A model generated the notes under the pieces. The model did not search any database and was not told the DNA's origin. It saw only the letters and a list, made by a program, of their open reading frames with translations. Below, one piece after another: positions 58,845 to 64,000 of a stretch of DNA of 64,000 nucleotides. The DNA lies in assembly GCF_963853765.1 (NCBI RefSeq), contig NC_088856.1:48112001-48176000 (forward strand), written 5' to 3'. The first letter of the stretch is position 1. Every line of letters starts with the position of its first letter. This DNA is from Magallana gigas. Lineage: Eukaryota. The position numbers and the translations under genes were made by a program.

Positions 58845-59752
58845 ACAACATGACATAATAATCGAAAAAAAAGATACTTTCTTGCGAGCCTTTATTGTAA
58901 TAGGTACGATTTATTTAATTTTAAGCTACAAATAAATTAAGTTAGAATACGTATGTACTACCGATCAAATCAAGCATTGTGACATGTAATAATGCATGCG
59001 TATTTAGTTGTGTTATTTGTTCATTCTTACATTTTCAGAATGCAATCATTTTGTATTTATTTCTCGTTGTCAAGCAATTCTTTATAAAACAAATACAACC
59101 ATTTTAAAGAGAATGAGAAAGAAAGAAAGAAAAAACAAGATCTTGTCATATTTACAGAATTATTGTGACAGTGTTGGTGCCTATCTTGTTAGAATAGAAA
59201 CAATGGAGGAAAACGAATGGATAACAAAAACATTGAAAGATCATGGTATGCTTTCATAAATCTTTACTTTATGTGTCACATTGGCATTTTTCCATTCCAA
59301 TCTTGAAAACAGAAAACAAATTAAAGGTTACTTTTAAATCATAAGCACAGTTAAATCAATGTTTATAATACTTTACCAGGTAATTTGGAATGTTAAAACT
59401 TATAAAGTCTCAAAAACCATTACATGTAACAGACAAATGTAAGTAAGTTTAAATCAAATATTGTAAGACCAATAAAAAAGTACAATGATGTGAGAACATT
59501 TATTCCTACTATTTAGAAACATGCTCTGATTGTTGTGAGACGTGGATCGGAGCCAGTGACCAAGTTGAGGAGGGCTCATTCCAGTGGACAAATAAAGAAA
59601 ACGTTACATTCTTCAACTGGTTACCAGAGCAACCCGACAACGACGACGGCATAGAAGATTTTGTGTCGATGTGTGTCAATGGTCAATGGAATGATGAACA
59701 TAATGGGCAAAGTTTGAATGTTATATGTGAAAAAAACATGATAGCTGAATAA
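57163..59752 (+). CDS. PAN/apple-domain plus C-type lectin domain protein (perlucin-like family), 4 exons, 243 aa
   Basis: join(57163-57490,58249-58328,59158-59245,59517-59752) = 732 nt, GT-AG, phases 1/0/1. PAN-like SRIECSSSCVFCAGFLYSSATGTCHLL..GWKLY; CTLD CKSGW..HCY..WEDAK.YC..AYLVRIET.EEN.WI..WIGASD..EG.FQW..F.NW..QPDN..WND..ICEK. Confidence 0.88.
57766..57869. repeat. Hairpin element with ~38-bp arms in lectin intron 1
   Basis: GGTCAATACATGGTTTTATAAACTGAATGAGAGTACAT versus reverse complement GGTCAATACACGGTTTTATAAACCTGATGAGAGTACAT. Confidence 0.8.
58340..58673. mobile_element. TTAA-flanked non-autonomous DNA transposon (Kolobok/CryptonV-like), 334 bp
   Basis: TTAA|AGCAATATGAGCTG...CAGCTCATACTGCT|TTAA, 14-bp TIR with 1 mismatch. 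Confidence 0.7.
58731..58855. repeat. Perfect palindrome with 62-bp arms, each arm itself a hairpin
   Basis: Centre G at 58793; arm = TGTCATGTTGTAAATTTTGAATTTAC-TGGGTGGGT-GTAAATACAAAATTTACAACATGACAA. Confidence 0.92.
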
Positions 59753-60393
59753 TCTTAAAAGAAAAATGAAATTTCTCTGTTACACTCAGATGCCAAAAGT
59801 ATGTCAATTTTTTTTTCACTATATATTTCATTGAAAACCAACATTATTCAAAGACTTATTTAAAAATAACCCCTTGACCGATTTTGTAAAGACTTAAATT
59901 GATAAATTCAGAAATTCTCTAGCCTTTTTGGCATCATGTTGAGATATTTTCCCGCCTTTAGTTCTTGAGATTTGATGTTCACGATCTGAAGTAAGATTTT
60001 ACAGCTCTAATATTGCAAAGGATATATAGTAGAGCACTTATAAATATCTTCGTGTTGTGTTTTAAATATGAAGTTTTGCAAATGAGTTGTCAAAAAACTA
60101 TTTTAATGTATGTCGAAACTTGCAAATTGAATCTACTTTAATCAATAAAAATTTCTTTAAAATCTGACAAAAAATAACAACAAAAACCCTTTAAAATATA
60201 AGTCTTGTTTTCAATGAAATATATAGGGAACAAAGAAAAGTTGACATACTTTTGGCACGTTAGTGTAGTATTGACTAAATGTCTCTGTAGTTACCCGGCT
60301 GGCAGAAGGCTTCTGTTTATATTTTCTTTGAAAAAGAATATAGGAAAATATAACGCTGTCAACTGAATTAAAAAAACTCAGAAACTGTAATTT

Positions 60394-60397
<4 letters not shown>

Positions 60398-60458
<61 letters not shown>
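60398..60458 (+). repeat. (AG)n microsatellite, ~30 units
   Basis: Direct reading. Confidence 0.97.
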
Positions 60459-60461
<3 letters not shown>

Positions 60462-61164
60462 TGTGCAAGTGTGATATAAATAACAGTTAAAAATTTTAAA
60501 TTCATTTAAGGTTAAAGTGATGAAGTACTGATTTCTTTCTCAAAACCAGCATGTTGGGTTGCCGCACATGAGCGTCAAATATTCCAGACCGTAGTACAAC
60601 ACAAAGTCGGATTCATTAGTCAGTCTAGAAGTGTGTGTCAATTTTCCCCCAACAAATAACCGGTGTGTACTTTTTACTTTCTAAACGGATTATACTGAAA
60701 CTTGCGCATTCATTAAAATTTTGATAATACATGTATCTACTTTCTTCCAGACGCCTAAACATTAATATAAATACATTTAATCAGAAGTATTAAAATATTT
60801 AATAAAACAAGGTAGGACACTGCATAGGCTCTGTCCTATATGTCGCTTATGGGAATTTTTGTTGTTTGCAAAATCGGCTGCTTAAAAGTGTCATATTGGG
60901 AACAATTAAAACAGGTAAAAATATGGACAGAGAAGTCCTAGATTCGTCCTCTTCAATGTAAACTGAAAACATTGACCAGGGAGGACCCAAAAAGGGTCCT
61001 AATGCATTTTTGACAAAGCAGAGAAATAAAGGCCCCAACATTTGACGTTTATTTCATTAATCCACGTCCGAAACGTGGAAAGCATAATGGGCGTTATTTT
61101 CATATAAACGTGTAGTATTTTTACCCGAGTTTTATTAACTCAACACGTTATTTTGGATGAACTC

Positions 61165-61275
61165 TTTTTTTTTAAGGAATAAGGAATCATTCTTTGAGTA
61201 TTATGAGGTGATAATTCCAGTCGGGGCGTGATCAAATCCAATAAAGCCCGAATGGCTTTATGATAGATTTGATGA
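61165..61275 (+). mobile_element. Truncated half of a palindromic oyster repeat
   Basis: TTAAGGAATAAGGAATCATTCTTTGAGTATTATGAGGTGATAA...AAAGCCCGAATGGCTTTATGATAGATTTGAT, recalled family with a central hairpin. Confidence 0.45.
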
Positions 61276-63529
61276 GATTTACTATTGTTACATACTATAT
61301 ATTTTGTAATGACTTAGAAAGCCGCTTCGATTTACATGACGTAACAAAAAATAGTTCTACAATGTTGCAAGTATTTGATTATCATGATAAATAAATATGA
61401 CACTACTTTTGCAAGACAACATTATTTTTTTTTATATTTTAATAAAGTCAAACAGTTAATTCACTTGTACAATTGAGGAAAAAAAACTAATTGATGCTTG
61501 GCGGAATAGTACCAATTCTGTTGAAGTCGCAGAGCGGTTGTAAATTTGAAATCAACGCGATTGAAAGCTGAGTTAGAATCCTTAGGCATTTTCAGAGGAA
61601 ACTCTATCGCAGAATCAAATTCAAGAGCATAATGATTTTCCTCCGGTATTATAGAGGCAAGTTATTCTAACTTTTTTAACGAAACAAAACGGACAGAGAA
61701 GCAGAATTAGTATTTGACCGTGAATGCTCCCAACACAAAAGGTCTGTGATAATGCGATTTTGATCGATGCTTGCTATAAGAGTCAGAAATGAATCATAAC
61801 TGATTTTAACTCCTTTGACAAATTGCGATTGTAATTTTCAAGAACGCGTCGTTACGAGGTCGATCCATAAACATTATCTTACGGAAATTTTATGCCATGA
61901 TCATTAATCCTCGCAATAAATGTTATATATTGTAAGAAAAATGAATAAATATAACTTTGTATAACAAAATAAAGAACATTTTTTTTTATTCATGCCTATA
62001 TTATGTTTTCATTCCGATATTTGACCCGTGTGTTTCGCATATATCGGCTAGGTTGAGTACATAGAGAAATTAGATTATGCATGCGCCACTTTGACCTCTT
62101 CACCCATGCTGAATGTTATTCAGGAATAATAGCGGATTGCACAGTGTTATTGCGCAAACAGTGTTGTATAAGGGAAAACATTTGCAAGTGTAAATATTCA
62201 GTGAGAACATACTAACTTCTAGGCCTAGCAATGGGCTTGAAGTTGAAAGACCTTCTGTGAATCTATGATTTTGTTATGCCTCATTAAGTCATGTACAAAT
62301 TCATTTTGGAAGAGGGGGAGGAAGTTGTAGAGGTGTTTGATATAAAAATGTATGAATTTCAGTTATAAGAAAATGTATTGTTTTTTTGTACAACTTCAAG
62401 ATTTCCAATCATATACCGGTATTTATTTCCTTAGCGAATACTTACTCATTAGTTGCCAGTGGTATTTTGTTTTGTAAGTATAAACTTGACTTTATTGAAT
62501 TTGACTTTGTTCAAACTGTATAGTCTTTGCTGTACTAAAATGCAGCAGTCAACACTACTTTTAAATTGCTTTTATATCAAGCTTTCATTATGACAGTGTA
62601 TGTAGGGAATCACTAAATCTAAAGAACACATTTTAAATCGTCAACTTCTGGAAATCATTTTAATCTGAATCGCATATAGTCTTCAAATATGCAAGAAAGA
62701 TTGCGTTTTTATCTATATTTCCGAGAATTTTTTCATTACCATTATCTGCATCATTTGGGATTTATTTTCATTGATTTACAAGGACTGGCATATTTAAAAT
62801 TAATATTTTACAAAGTAAACACATTTTTGCTTTACTTAAAGTTTAGATTCCCTGCATCGATGTTGACTGATTAACATAGAATCGTACATTATTAATAGAA
62901 ATTTTATACAGGAAAACATATTCTGTTTTACTTAAAGTAGATCCAGTGTTCTGTGACGTCACACTTTTTTGTAAAACTTTGAATTCTTTAAAAATTGTGC
63001 AAGATAGTTTTATTTATTTTATGTGAATATAATCACATGGATGTAATTAGAATTATTGGTAGGTTCAAGATATTTCCCACTTAATTTTATACTAAATTTC
63101 CAAATGTTAATATATTTTATCTATGCAAAGGGGAAATAACTCTTTTTCTGACTTTTCTCTCGGTTGTATGTCTAAATGCTATAGTTTTTCTTATTCCAAC
63201 GATTAATTTTAAAATATTTTTGTAATTTTAGTTTTCTGATAAAGTTGTCATTAAAATTAAACAAGAAAAACAAATTTCTACCTACAAGATTTTACTTTTA
63301 ACAACAAAAAAATACATTTTTCTAATGCTAAAATATGCTTTAGTTTATGTTTATCTGGCATCTCAAAAAGTGTGATGACATGCATATTTTTTCTAACAAT
63401 TGATGACATTTAAGTCTATTAAGTCGAAATCAGTTCGGTTTTTCAACTTTCCTCAGAGAATTTTACGAGTATGGAGCTACCTTAAAATTAAGAGAAATCT
63501 CTTATTGCAATGCCCATCACCAATTGTAT

Positions 63530-63720
63530 TTGATGTACACGGGCTGGGACATTATAAAATGAATATTTATACAGAGAGGCATCCTGTGTTTTATCTAAAG
63601 TTCAAAGAATTCCCTGAACCAATTTAGATTGATTTACACGGAATGGTACATTATAAAATGAATATTTTATACAGAAGAAGACACCGTGTTTTACGAAAAT
63701 TTCAAAGATTTCTAAATGGC
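63530..63720 (+). repeat. Degenerate ~100-bp tandem duplication
   Basis: GAT.TACACGG...ACATTATAAAATGAATATTT(T)ATACAGA twice. Confidence 0.7.
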
Positions 63721-64000
63721 AAACTCCTGCACTATATTGATGATTTTCACAAAAAGGTAAAAATTTTAAAAAAGTCACTGCAATTCGCTGCATCTTGATT
63801 TACATGGAATGATACGCTGGTGCACTTTGAAATATTTTTTTATAAAGAAAATATAATATGAAATATGTTTTCATTGAAAAATACGGGATACATATGAAAT
63901 GAATATTTTAAACAATTTAGTGTCACTGCCATTCATAATAGTGTCACTGCCATTCATAAAATGTGTTTCATTTTTAAAAGGTTTAATAGTAATTTGTATT

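Noticed and set aside
60470-64000. Further gene in the last 3.5 kb
   Set aside because: Only short AT-rich ORFs and repeat fragments; no consistent exon chain.

Overview
AT-rich, intron-rich animal genomic DNA, most likely an oyster (Crassostrea/Magallana). That is inferred from recalled repeat families (a Helentron non-autonomous element with Cg170-like units, TTAA-ended and TA-flanked MITEs), not from a database search. Three protein-coding loci are supported. (1) A ~1-kb first coding exon of a plexin-type Sema-domain receptor on the minus strand (3804-4817); the rest of the gene was not found in the window. (2) A complete 17-exon AHCYL/IRBIT gene (S-adenosylhomocysteine hydrolase-like) on the plus strand, 20413-53063, 519 aa, with every splice phase checked by hand. 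(3) A 4-exon PAN/apple plus C-type lectin gene, 57163-59752, 243 aa. The strongest finding is in the long 5' introns of AHCYL: four further ATG-initiated exons with donors in the right phase. They predict five N-terminal isoforms in two tiers that keep, drop or replace the PP1-docking motif and the IP3-mimetic phosphoserine cluster. The rest is TE debris: a decayed LINE split just before its YADD motif by a 660-bp foldback element, a 1.9-kb TIR element with same-orientation subterminal arrays, many short palindromic MITEs, and mini/microsatellites. No RNA genes or CRISPR arrays were found.
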